Origin: Gammaproteobacteria bacterium
GTDB taxonomy: Bacteria > Pseudomonadota > Gammaproteobacteria > SZUA-140
Length of the DNA: 64,000 nt
Assembly (NCBI GenBank): GCA_016124415.1
Contig: WGNS01000045.1
Span: forward strand, 2,013-66,012
Direction: 5' to 3'
Shown here: positions 10,977 through 18,912 of the stretch, piece by piece
Position numbering within the stretch: the stretch's first letter is position 1
How the letters are laid out: each line of letters opens with the position of its first letter
Made by a program: the position numbers and the translations under genes
Notes under the pieces: model-generated
Told to the model about the DNA's origin: nothing
Database searches by the model: none
Seen by the model: only the letters and a program-made list of their open reading frames with translations

Positions 10977-11348
10977 ATGCCTAGAGAATTCGGTCGAAAT
11001 CGCCGCGTCGGCGAACAGATGCGACGTGAGCTCGCAACGCTGATCCAGCTCGAGATGAAGGATCCGCGGGTTGGCATGGTCACGATCTCCGAGGTTCGTG
11101 TGTCCCACGATCTGTCTCAGGCCAAGGTCTATGTGACGACCTTGGGGGCGTCCGAGGAGCGCGATCGAACCGTCGGTCTGCTCAACAAGGCCGCCTCGTT
11201 TTTCCGCAGAGAGCTTGCGCACCGCATGTCCCTGCGCAGCGTACCGGTCCTGCATTTCATCTATGACGAATCCGTCGAGCACGGAGTCGCCATGGATGCC
11301 TTGATTGCCGCTTCGATCGCGGCGGACAAGCGCTCCGATCCTTCCTGA
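10977..11348 (+). CDS. rbfA: Ribosome-binding factor A
   Basis: RVGEQMRRELATLIQLEMKDPR, 123 aa, in the conserved operon position. Confidence 0.9.
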   Translation: MPREFGRNRRVGEQMRRELATLIQLEMKDPRVGMVTISEVRVSHDLSQAKVYVTTLGASEERDRTVGLLNKAASFFRRELAHRMSLRSVPVLHFIYDESVEHGVAMDALIAASIAADKRSDPS

Positions 11349-11394
11349 TCGGCGGGCACCATCGCGCGCTCGGAACATCCTTCCAGGTTGATTC

Positions 11395-12315
11395 ATGGCA
11401 AAAAGATCCAAACGCGGCCGGCCCGTTAACGGTGTCCTGCTGCTCGACAAGCCTATAGGCATGACCTCGAACGCCGCGCTGCAGACTGTGAAACGCCTGT
11501 TTCAGGCGCGCAAGGCCGGGCATACGGGCAGCTTGGACCCGTTGGCCTCCGGTATGTTGCCGCTCTGCTTCGGAGAAGCGACCAAGATCTCGTCATTTCT
11601 GCTCGAGGCCGACAAGCGTTATCGCGTGGGCATGAGGTTGGGGATCCGCACGGAAACGGGCGATGCCGAAGGCGAGATCAGCTATCGCCACGAGGGTCCG
11701 ATCGAGTTTTCTCAGGCGGTCATCGAGGAGACGTTGGCCGGTTTCATCGGACGCATCGAGCAGATCCCCCCGATGTATTCGGCCGTCAAGGTCAACGGTC
11801 GTCCGCTCTACGAGCTGGCGCGCAAGGGGCTCGACGTCGAGCGCAAGGCGCGTCAGGTGGAAATCCACGAACTGCATTTGTTGGGGTTCGACGGCGTCGA
11901 TCTCGAAATCGACGTGCATTGTTCCAAAGGGACATACATCCGGACGCTCGTCGAGGCGATCGGCGAAGCGTTGGGATGCGGGGCCTACGTCACTGTCCTA
12001 CGCCGTCCGGAGGTGGCCGGTTTTGCCCGGGAGGAAATGTTGACCCTGGAGCGGCTTGAAGCGATTGCCGCCGACGGCTTCGAGGCGCTCGACGCCCTTT
12101 TGATTGATCCCGCAGAGGTCTTGTCGCACTGGCCGGCGGTGTCCCTGAATTCCGACATGGCCTTCTTCGTGACCCGCGGCCAGCCGGTTCAGGTACCCAA
12201 CGCACCACGTTCGGGTTGGGTTCGCTTGTTTGCCGGAGAAGAGCGTTTCCTCGGGATGGGGACGATTCTCGACGACGGCCGGGTGGCCCCGAAACGGATG
12301 ATGCAGACCGGCTAG
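11395..12315 (+). CDS. truB: tRNA pseudouridine-55 synthase TruB
   Basis: GVLLLDKPIGMTSNA...GHTGSLDPLASGMLPLCFGEATK (catalytic Asp motif), 306 aa. Confidence 0.93.
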   Translation: MAKRSKRGRPVNGVLLLDKPIGMTSNAALQTVKRLFQARKAGHTGSLDPLASGMLPLCFGEATKISSFLLEADKRYRVGMRLGIRTETGDAEGEISYRHEGPIEFSQAVIEETLAGFIGRIEQIPPMYSAVKVNGRPLYELARKGLDVERKARQVEIHELHLLGFDGVDLEIDVHCSKGTYIRTLVEAIGEALGCGAYVTVLRRPEVAGFAREEMLTLERLEAIAADGFEALDALLIDPAEVLSHWPAVSLNSDMAFFVTRGQPVQVPNAPRSGWVRLFAGEERFLGMGTILDDGRVAPKRMMQTG

Positions 12316-12353
12316 GACGGAATAGCCCGCCGGCCGCCGGCTTTAGTTGGGAC

Positions 12354-12371
12354 CCACGGCGCGCGCCGTGG
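12354..12371. repeat. 18-nt perfect palindrome CCACGGCGC|GCGCCGTGG (same CACGGC..GCCGTG core as the 4.8-kb REPs)
   Basis: Read directly from the sequence. It lies 39 nt after the truB stop and has no U-tract. Confidence 0.6.
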
Positions 12372-12432
12372 CACGCCCATTGCCATGTAATCAGTATTTT
12401 GGCAAAATCCTACTATTGTCTTTCGGAATCAT

Positions 12433-12981
12433 ATGCCGGTGATCGATCTAGATGGCTATAGAGCAAATGTAGGTATCGTGGTCTGCAATGACCAAGGTCA
12501 CCTTCTTTGGGCCAGGCGGATCGGACAGAACGCATGGCAGTTTCCCCAAGGAGGCATCGCGATCGATGAATCTCCCGAGGAGGCCATGCGTCGAGAGCTG
12601 CACGAGGAGATCGGTCTCAACGCGGCCGATGTACAAATCCTCGCGCGTACTTCTGATTGGGTGAAGTATCGTCTTCCCCGTCACATGCAGCGCAAGCATT
12701 GCAAGCCCCTTTGCATCGGCCAGAAACAAATCTGGTTTCTCCTGAAACTGATCAGCGACGAACGCAATATGCGCTTCGACGTGACCGATCAGCCGGAGTT
12801 CGATGGTTACCGCTGGGTCGATTACTGGTCTCCGGTCAGAGAGGTCGTGTCGTTCAAGCGCAAGGTCTACCAGTTGGTGCTGAAGGAGTTTGCGCCCTAT
12901 GTGCCCAAGGCCGCTTCCCGTCGTCCGGCGCCCGGTGCATCCCCGATTCACAGGCCTTCATTCAAAACCGCACGCAACTGA
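12433..12981 (+). CDS. rppH: RNA pyrophosphohydrolase RppH (NudH)
   Basis: [12 protein letters not shown]...[25 protein letters not shown] (Nudix box), 182 aa. Confidence 0.9.
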   Translation: MPVIDLDGYRANVGIVVCNDQGHLLWARRIGQNAWQFPQGGIAIDESPEEAMRRELHEEIGLNAADVQILARTSDWVKYRLPRHMQRKHCKPLCIGQKQIWFLLKLISDERNMRFDVTDQPEFDGYRWVDYWSPVREVVSFKRKVYQLVLKEFAPYVPKAASRRPAPGASPIHRPSFKTARN

Positions 12982-13009
12982 GGCGTGCTAACCTTTTTTC
13001 CGCAGTGCC

Positions 13010-14308
13010 TTACCAGGGCAGCAACAGATTGATCATGTAAACGTTTCCGGTATAGGTGTAGTGGGAAATGTTCGACTTGTTTCGCGTGTAATCGTATTCC
13101 GCCGAAAGCTCCTTACCGTTGCTGTATCGCCGACTCAGGATCAGAGAGGCTTTGTAGCGGCTTTCCTCCCGTCGTTTGAATACTCCTGCCGAAATCTCAT
13201 CGGGCTCGCGATAGCGACTGTAGCGATAGCGTAAATCCGCGGTCAGACCCAGGTGCTCGCCGATGTCTATGCGTCCTTTCACGCGCAGCCGCTGCCGAAC
13301 GGGAGAGTAACTCGAAAACAACACGTCTCTCCTGTCGCGCCGGTCGTTCCACTCCAATCGGTAGGACAGATCCAATCGGCCGTTGGCGGCACGCCAGTAC
13401 GGGCGGATCTCGAAACGATGCCGCCATCCGGTCAAATAATTGTAGGCCGGGTCCATCGAATGGACGCGGGCGAGCTCGTAGCCGAGCTTGGCGAAGCCCA
13501 CCTCGGAAATGGAGCGTCTAGCCGAAGTCGACAAGCTGGTCGTCGCCATGAACGCGGAACCGTCCAGAAAGCTCAGATCGAAATGGGCGCCGCTGTCCGA
13601 ACGCCAAGCCGTGGAGAAGTCGGACTGATAGCCGAGTCCTGCGTTCACATCGGCGAGATCGTAGCGGGTCAGCTGTTGATACTTCTGCAGGAACAGGCTC
13701 GTGTCGAAACTGAGCCCCTGTTTTTCGTCGCCCGACAGTTGCCGATTGGCGTATGCATACGCATCGACAAACAGATCGTTCTGTTGCGAACTGGCCACGA
13801 GCAACGTGTCCGGCAGCAGGGTGACATTATCGTCGTAGCCGACGTCCAGGCTGACCAGACCGAACCAAGCGTGCTTGTTCTGCACGGTGGTGTCCTGAAG
13901 CCGGGACAGCGCGGTGCCGGCGAGCCGGGTCAGGCGTTCGTCATCGGTTTCATCCAGGACCTGCATGAAACGGTCGATGGCCCCTTTACGGTCACCGAGT
14001 TTGTCCGCGACCAGCCCCATATTGAAGAGCGAAAGCTCCCGGGTTTCCGGATAGTCGGCCGCTTTGTCGAAAGCTGTTTGAGCCTCTTCATACCTGCCGA
14101 GCTTGAACAGACTGGCGCCGAGGTTATAGAAGAGCTCACCGCTTTTGTATCCCTGTCGCTGAGCTTCAAGAAACGCCTTCAACGCGGACTCGTATTTGCC
14201 CGCCTTGAAGGCTCGGGTTCCGTCCGAATAGGGATCGGCGTGCACGCGTGCGGTGAGCGCGAGACAAAGGCAGGCAAGCAGGGTTGTTAGGATTGAATGA
14301 CGCGCCAT
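13010..14308 (-). CDS. Outer-membrane protein with N-terminal TPR region and C-terminal beta-barrel (Slam/DUF560-like or YaiO-like)
   Basis: Signal peptide MARHSILTTLLACLCLALTARVHA|D. TPR-like repeats follow (AFKAGKYESALKAFLEA, YNLGASLFKLGRYEEAQTAF). The last ~280 aa show alternating amphipathic strands, ending in an aromatic residue (...NVYMINLLLPW). Confidence 0.55.
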   Translation of the reverse strand: MARHSILTTLLACLCLALTARVHADPYSDGTRAFKAGKYESALKAFLEAQRQGYKSGELFYNLGASLFKLGRYEEAQTAFDKAADYPETRELSLFNMGLVADKLGDRKGAIDRFMQVLDETDDERLTRLAGTALSRLQDTTVQNKHAWFGLVSLDVGYDDNVTLLPDTLLVASSQQNDLFVDAYAYANRQLSGDEKQGLSFDTSLFLQKYQQLTRYDLADVNAGLGYQSDFSTAWRSDSGAHFDLSFLDGSAFMATTSLSTSARRSISEVGFAKLGYELARVHSMDPAYNYLTGWRHRFEIRPYWRAANGRLDLSYRLEWNDRRDRRDVLFSSYSPVRQRLRVKGRIDIGEHLGLTADLRYRYSRYREPDEISAGVFKRREESRYKASLILSRRYSNGKELSAEYDYTRNKSNISHYTYTGNVYMINLLLPW

Positions 14309-14501
14309 CGTTGCGATCTTGTTGTTAAAGCGACGAAGAGTCGGTGTCCGGCGAGTGCCGGCAGCAAAACGCTGTTACCACGGAAACCGCATAACCCTAA
14401 CATGAAGATGTTGTCGATGAATAGCCATTTGAAAACTGGGGCGACGGGGTCTTTCGCCGAAGACACTTGCGGCCGGCGGCGCAACTGGGGATCATGTCGG
14501 C

Positions 14502-15212
14502 ATGACGCAAACGGTCAAGAAGGGGAGTACGCAGATCTCAGGTCCCATCGTGGAAGGAATGCTTTCCGGCATCGGCGGTTTTCTCGCGATCTATATCACC
14601 CATATCGTGGCCGTTCGTTTCCTGGGGGAAGGCCATATCCTGTTCGTGACGTCGATGGGCGCGGCCGCGATGCTGATGTTTGCGGTGCCGCACAGCCCTA
14701 TGGCCCAGCCGTGGGCGCTCATCACCGGAAATCTGGTTTCCGCGGCGATCGGCGTCACCGTCGCGCGATGGGTGCCGGACCCGACATTGGGCGCCCCTTT
14801 GGCCGTAGGCGGCTCCATCATCGCAATGCAGGTACTTCGCTGTCAGCACCCTCCGGGGAGCGCAACCGCCCTCACGGCCGTTGTCGGCGGCGCGTCGATC
14901 ACGAACCTGGGCTACGGCTATCTGTTGACGCCGGTGTTGTTGAACATCGTGTTGTTGCTCGTGATCGCAGTGATCTTCAACTGGCCGTTCGCATGGCGCC
15001 GCTACCCCGCCGTATTCGCCGAATCACGCCTTGCCGAACAGGCGCGCGATGAGGACATCCCCATCAGCCGGGAGGCAATCGCAGAGGCGTTAAGACGGCA
15101 CGATACTTACATTGACGTAGACGAACATGATCTCGAACAGATCTATGTATCGGCCGCCCGGCTTGAACGCGACCGAAGCGGGAACGGGGCAGGAGAGGGG
15201 CAGGATGCCTAG
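14502..15212 (+). CDS. HPP-family integral membrane protein
   Basis: FAVPHSPMAQPWALITGN and RCQHPPGSATAL (HPP motif), 236 aa. The stop codon TAG is formed by the TA target site plus the first G of the MITE. Confidence 0.75.
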   Translation: MTQTVKKGSTQISGPIVEGMLSGIGGFLAIYITHIVAVRFLGEGHILFVTSMGAAAMLMFAVPHSPMAQPWALITGNLVSAAIGVTVARWVPDPTLGAPLAVGGSIIAMQVLRCQHPPGSATALTAVVGGASITNLGYGYLLTPVLLNIVLLLVIAVIFNWPFAWRRYPAVFAESRLAEQARDEDIPISREAIAEALRRHDTYIDVDEHDLEQIYVSAARLERDRSGNGAGEGQDA

Positions 15213-15403
15213 GGCCTGTCAACACTAATTTGAACGTCACTGCTGGATGCCATTTTTTCGTCCGGCAAGGCAGAGGGAGAGCCGTGTAGTGAGTCTACAT
15301 AAACCACCGATAACGCCGCCGGGCGGAAAAATGGCTCCAGCCCTTCGGGTTGTGGCTAAAATGTCGCCACAACAGAGGCGATCAAATTAGTGTTGACAGG
15401 TCC
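15212..15403. mobile_element. 192-bp non-autonomous element (MITE) with 22-bp terminal inverted repeats and TA target-site duplication
   Basis: The left end is GGGCCTGTCAACACTAATTTGA (15212-15233). The right end reverse-complements to GGACCTGTCAACACTAATTTGA (15382-15403), a 21/22 match. TA flanks both ends (15210-11 and 15404-05). The interior has further nested inverted repeats and no ORF. Confidence 0.75.
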
Positions 15404-16277
15404 TAAGCTCCTGATCGTGGGGTGCGGCTATGTGGGGAGCAGGCTTGCCGCTCAAGCGCTCCAGGAAGGGCGTTCGGTTTCGGCCATCGTTCGCTCGCCG
15501 GCACGTTGCGAGGCGTTGCGTGAGGAAGGCATTTGCGCGACCACTCTCGATTTGGACAGCCGATTGGAAAACGCGCTCGACACGGCGGCTCGAGTGATCT
15601 GTTACCTTGTCCCGCCGCCGTCGGATGGACGGGAAGACCCTCGCCTCTCAAGGTTCCTTGGCGCGATCGCGGAAAACGCCTTGCCGGAACGTGTCATCCT
15701 GATCGGCACGACGGGTGTTTACGGGGACGCCGGGGGCGCGTGGGTCGACGAAGACAGCCCGATCGATCCATCGACGGATCGGGCGCGCCGCCGCCGAGGC
15801 GCCGAGATTGCCCTGATCGGATGGGCGGAGGCACGGGATATTCCATGGATCATTCTGCGGGTTCCGGGTATTTATGGCCCGGGCCGTCTCCCGCTTGAGC
15901 GGATACGCGCGCGGACGCCCGTGCTCGACGAGGCCGAATCGCCCTGGAGCAATCGTATCCACGTCGACGATCTCGTCGGCGCTTGTATGGCGGCCGCCGA
16001 TACGCACGCGGTCAATCAGGTCTTCAACGTGTCCGATGGTTGCCCCACGACGATGACGGACTACTTCAATCGAGTTGCCGATCACTTCGGATTGTCTCGC
16101 CCACCTCAAATACCCATGGCTTCGGCCAGGGCCCGACTTGGCGAGGGCATACTGTCCTACCTCGCCGAATCGCGGCGCATCTCCAATGCGCGCATGCGTG
16201 ACCGCCTTGGCGTGACGCCACGCTACCCCGATCTCGAAAGCGGGCTGGCCGAGATCGATGAAGGTATAAACAAGTAA
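15390..16277 (+). CDS. NAD(P)-binding SDR-family epimerase/dehydratase-like protein
   Basis: KLLIVGCGYVGSRLA (Rossmann GxGxxG), 295 aa. The present GTG start lies inside the right TIR of the MITE (see findings). Confidence 0.75.
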   Translation: MLTGPKLLIVGCGYVGSRLAAQALQEGRSVSAIVRSPARCEALREEGICATTLDLDSRLENALDTAARVICYLVPPPSDGREDPRLSRFLGAIAENALPERVILIGTTGVYGDAGGAWVDEDSPIDPSTDRARRRRGAEIALIGWAEARDIPWIILRVPGIYGPGRLPLERIRARTPVLDEAESPWSNRIHVDDLVGACMAAADTHAVNQVFNVSDGCPTTMTDYFNRVADHFGLSRPPQIPMASARARLGEGILSYLAESRRISNARMRDRLGVTPRYPDLESGLAEIDEGINK

Positions 16278-16304
16278 CAAGTAACAAGTGACAAGTGACA
16301 AGTG
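16270..16304. repeat. Heptanucleotide tandem repeat (ACAAGTR) x5
   Basis: acaagta acaagta acaagtg acaagtg acaagtg. The first unit contains the last codons and stop of the SDR gene. Confidence 0.9.
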
Positions 16305-16326
16305 GCGTCTCCGTGTTTGGCTTTGG

Positions 16327-16370
16327 GCGTCACAAAAGATTCATGGATGTTTCATTTTGTGTTCACAAAC
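16327..16370 (+). promoter_or_regulatory. Putative Pho-box array (four 7-mers on an 11-bp phase)
   Basis: gcgTCAC-aaaa / gatTCAT-ggat / gttTCAT-tttg / tgtTCAC-aaac. The TCA(C/T) cores start at 16330, 16341, 16352 and 16363. The array lies about 80 nt upstream of a PhoX-like gene. Confidence 0.4.
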
Positions 16371-16449
16371 CGTTGCTAGCGTTTCCCGTGCCGCGCCCTT
16401 CGCGGTTTGGCAGCTTACTTAATTTGTGAACATACCTTACGGAGTTGTG

Positions 16450-17961
16450 ATGAACGCATTCACGAGAAAGGCCATTGTTACGGGTCTGATGCTTGCCGGC
16501 GCCCAGGCGGCCGTTGCGGGCACCGATGTCTACTTCAATCCCCTGGTTCAGGGTGCTCCGGTTGCTCAGGTGCCCAACCACATCGACGAACTGAACAACC
16601 CCTGGCAGATGCCCGCCGGCGTTACGGCGACCAATCTGACCAGCCTGCACGAAATCGAGTCCGATCCTTCCCAGTCGACGGTTCGCGTCCCGGGCCTCGG
16701 CACCAATGCCTCCATGACCGACATGGCCGCGTTCGATCCGACCGGCCGCTACATCTTCCTGCCTCATGAGACGCAGTGCGGCGCCGGTGTGACCCGTTAC
16801 GACACGGTGACCGACAAGGCCACGAACCTGCTGCACGGCGATCAGGCCGGCTGTAACGTTTCTCCGGATTGGAGCAACGACTACGGCGCGTTCGATCCCG
16901 CCACCTGGACCCCGATGGACACCCTGTTGCTCGGCGAGGAATGGTCCGGTCAGGGGCGTATCTTCGAGCTCCAGAACCCGATGGTCGACGTCAACGCCGG
17001 CGAGACCCCCGTCCTGGTCGAACTGAACAGCATCCCCAACGTCTCGCACGAAGGCCTGCGTTTCAATCACGCCGGTACCGCTTTGTACTTTATTGACGAA
17101 GACAAGTCCGGTTCGATCTATAAGTTCGTGCCGAGCATCGCCGGCGACTACAGCAAGGGCCAGTCTTTCGTTCTGTCCGTCGCGGCCTTCGCGGGTGATG
17201 TCACGAAGAACTGGGACGCCGCGGTCAACGCCGGACAGCCCCGTACGGGCCTGGCCGCCTGGATTCCGCTGACCGATGCCGATGGCGTCGCCCTGCCGGG
17301 TATCGCCGATCCGTTCGATAACGCCACGCGCGGCGGCCGCGCCGCCGCCGACACCGCGAACGGCACGCCTTTCGGCCGTCCGGAAGACGTCGAGGTCGGC
17401 TATCTGGGCAACGGCAACGAAGTCCTGTACTTCAACGCCACGTCCGAGCGCGCGATCTATTCGGTCGAGGAACTCGGCAACGGGCAGGCCACGGTCCGCC
17501 TGATGGCCAGCAACGCGACGCCGAAGAACCTCGGCTACGGCAATGTTTCCGGCGAGCTGCATGACGTCGACAACCTGGCTCAGGACGCCCTCGGCAACAT
17601 TTATACTGTCGAAGACTGGCCGAACGGCGGCAACACGGGTGGCGACATCTGGTTCGTCCGCGACACGAACAACGACGGCGTCGCCGAATCGATGGACCGC
17701 TTCCTGAGCCTGCAGGTCAAGGGCGCCGAGAATACGGGCATGATCTTCCGCCCGGGCCACCCGACGCAGTTCATCGTCAACGTTCAGCATCCGGACAGCG
17801 TCGGTGTTTCCGGCGGTATGGGTGATGCGACCTGGCTGTTCGACGTCAAGGACGTCGTCGCGCCGCCGTGTGTCGCACGTCCCGCGCATGGCGGTGTTCG
17901 GACCTGCAATCCCGAGAACGAAGCCAACTTCGTTCGCAAGCTGACCCAGGCGGGCCGGTAA
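16450..17961 (+). CDS. Secreted beta-propeller protein, PhoX/DUF839-like (putative phosphatase)
   Basis: Signal peptide MNAFTRKAIVTGLMLAGAQAAVA, with GGAG upstream of the ATG at 16450. Motifs FGRPEDVEVG, DNLAQDALGNIYTVED and GAENTGMIFRPGHPTQFIVNVQHP resemble the PhoX C-terminal signature. Confidence 0.5.
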   Translation: MNAFTRKAIVTGLMLAGAQAAVAGTDVYFNPLVQGAPVAQVPNHIDELNNPWQMPAGVTATNLTSLHEIESDPSQSTVRVPGLGTNASMTDMAAFDPTGRYIFLPHETQCGAGVTRYDTVTDKATNLLHGDQAGCNVSPDWSNDYGAFDPATWTPMDTLLLGEEWSGQGRIFELQNPMVDVNAGETPVLVELNSIPNVSHEGLRFNHAGTALYFIDEDKSGSIYKFVPSIAGDYSKGQSFVLSVAAFAGDVTKNWDAAVNAGQPRTGLAAWIPLTDADGVALPGIADPFDNATRGGRAAADTANGTPFGRPEDVEVGYLGNGNEVLYFNATSERAIYSVEELGNGQATVRLMASNATPKNLGYGNVSGELHDVDNLAQDALGNIYTVEDWPNGGNTGGDIWFVRDTNNDGVAESMDRFLSLQVKGAENTGMIFRPGHPTQFIVNVQHPDSVGVSGGMGDATWLFDVKDVVAPPCVARPAHGGVRTCNPENEANFVRKLTQAGR

Positions 17962-18020
17962 GCACGGAGTGCATCCGTCGATCACGATGTCTTAGTCAAC
18001 GGCATCCAATCGACAACAAA

Positions 18021-18054
18021 GCGCCTGTCCTTCGGGGCAGGCGCTTTTCTTTTC
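18021..18054 (+). terminator. Rho-independent terminator
   Basis: gcgcctgtcc-ttcg-gggcaggcgc followed by ttttcttttc. Confidence 0.75.
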
Positions 18055-18074
18055 AAATACGGTATGATCCCCCC

Positions 18075-18890
18075 ATGCCGGAATTACCCGAAGTCGAAAC
18101 CGCCCGTCGTGGTATAGAACCGCATTTGCTCGGTCAGCGCATCGAAAGACTGGTCGTTCGCGAGCCTCGCTTGCGTCTGCCGGTGCCGTCCGATTTGGCT
18201 GGGGTGCTGGCGGGGCGAGTGATCGAGGAGGTGAACCGCAGGGGCAAGTATCTCCTGATACGGGTTTCAGGAGGGACGATCATCCTTCATCTCGGCATGT
18301 CCGGGAGTCTCCGGATCGTTTCGCCGGAACGACCCGCAGAGCGTCATGATCACGTCGACCTGGTGTTGGCGAACGGCGTTGCCTTGCGTTTCACGGACCC
18401 GCGCCGATTCGGCCTGCTCGTGTGGACGACGGAAAATCCGCTAAAACATCCGCTCCTGGCGCATCTGGGGCCGGAGCCGTTGGATGCGGCCTGGGACGGT
18501 GCCGCGCTCTGGGCCGCGGCCAAGGGGAAGCGGGTCGCGATCAAGGGCATGCTCATGGATGCAAACGTCGTGGTCGGGGTCGGGAACATCTATGCGAACG
18601 AATCCCTGTTCATGGCCGGGATACACCCCGGGCGTGCCGCCGGCCGGATCTCGCTGCCGCGGTACTTGCGGCTTGCGGATGCGGTCAAGGAGGTTTTGAG
18701 CCGGTCGATTGAGCAGGGCGGAACGACCTTGCGCGATTTCGTGGCCGAGGACGGCAGGCCGGGATATTTCAGCCAGTCCTTGAAGATATACGGCCGTTCG
18801 GATCAACCCTGTCTGTCCTGCGGCGGACCGATCCGGGAAATCAGGCAATTCGGCCGGGCGACGTACTATTGCCCGGCGTGTCAGCGCTGA
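18075..18890 (+). CDS. mutM: Formamidopyrimidine-DNA glycosylase
   Basis: MPELPEVETARRGI N-terminus and a C-terminal zinc finger CLSCGGPI...YYCPACQ, 271 aa. The track ORF (17868) over-extends 5'. Confidence 0.93.
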   Translation: MPELPEVETARRGIEPHLLGQRIERLVVREPRLRLPVPSDLAGVLAGRVIEEVNRRGKYLLIRVSGGTIILHLGMSGSLRIVSPERPAERHDHVDLVLANGVALRFTDPRRFGLLVWTTENPLKHPLLAHLGPEPLDAAWDGAALWAAAKGKRVAIKGMLMDANVVVGVGNIYANESLFMAGIHPGRAAGRISLPRYLRLADAVKEVLSRSIEQGGTTLRDFVAEDGRPGYFSQSLKIYGRSDQPCLSCGGPIREIRQFGRATYYCPACQR

Positions 18891-18894
18891 GTCT

Positions 18895-18912
18895 TAGGGC
18901 GAACAGGCCCTA
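18895..18912. repeat. TA-GGGC|GAACAGGCCC-TA: 14-bp hairpin matching both ends of the MITE family (possible deletion remnant or terminator)
   Basis: gaacaggccctag (18901-18913) is identical to 52295-52307. GGGC matches the left TIR start. It can also fold as tagggc-gaacag-gcccta between convergent mutM and the GT-C-like gene. Confidence 0.45.

Noticed and set aside
12316-12432. Expected rpsO-pnp after truB. I looked for a hidden small gene or tRNA here.
   Set aside because: The 117-nt gap holds only a palindrome and a plausible rppH promoter (TTGCCA-17-CAAAAT). rpsO/pnp must be elsewhere. This is a synteny difference, not a feature.
15212-15403. Possibility that the 192-nt hairpin-rich element is 6S RNA or another housekeeping ncRNA.
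   Set aside because: The 19-22 bp perfect terminal pairing, the TA/TA flanks, and related termini at other loci fit a MITE better. There is no 6S-like central bubble, sequence or ygfA context. I cannot fully exclude that it is transcribed and structured.
16270-16304. The heptamer array (and the IF-2 repeats), considered as a CRISPR-like array.
   Set aside because: The units are contiguous 7-mers without spacers. The IF-2 repeats are in-frame coding duplications. No cas genes are present.
16354-16431. Palindrome tttgtg-tt-cacaaa (16356-16369) and the inverted 9-mer pair tgttcacaa / ttgtgaaca, considered as a CRP/FNR-type site. Also TGGCAG-N5-TTAA (16407-16421), considered as a sigma-54 promoter.
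   Set aside because: The half-site spacing (2 nt) is wrong for CRP/FNR. The -12 element lacks the conserved GC. The 11-bp-phased direct-repeat reading (Pho-box) explains the same bases better.
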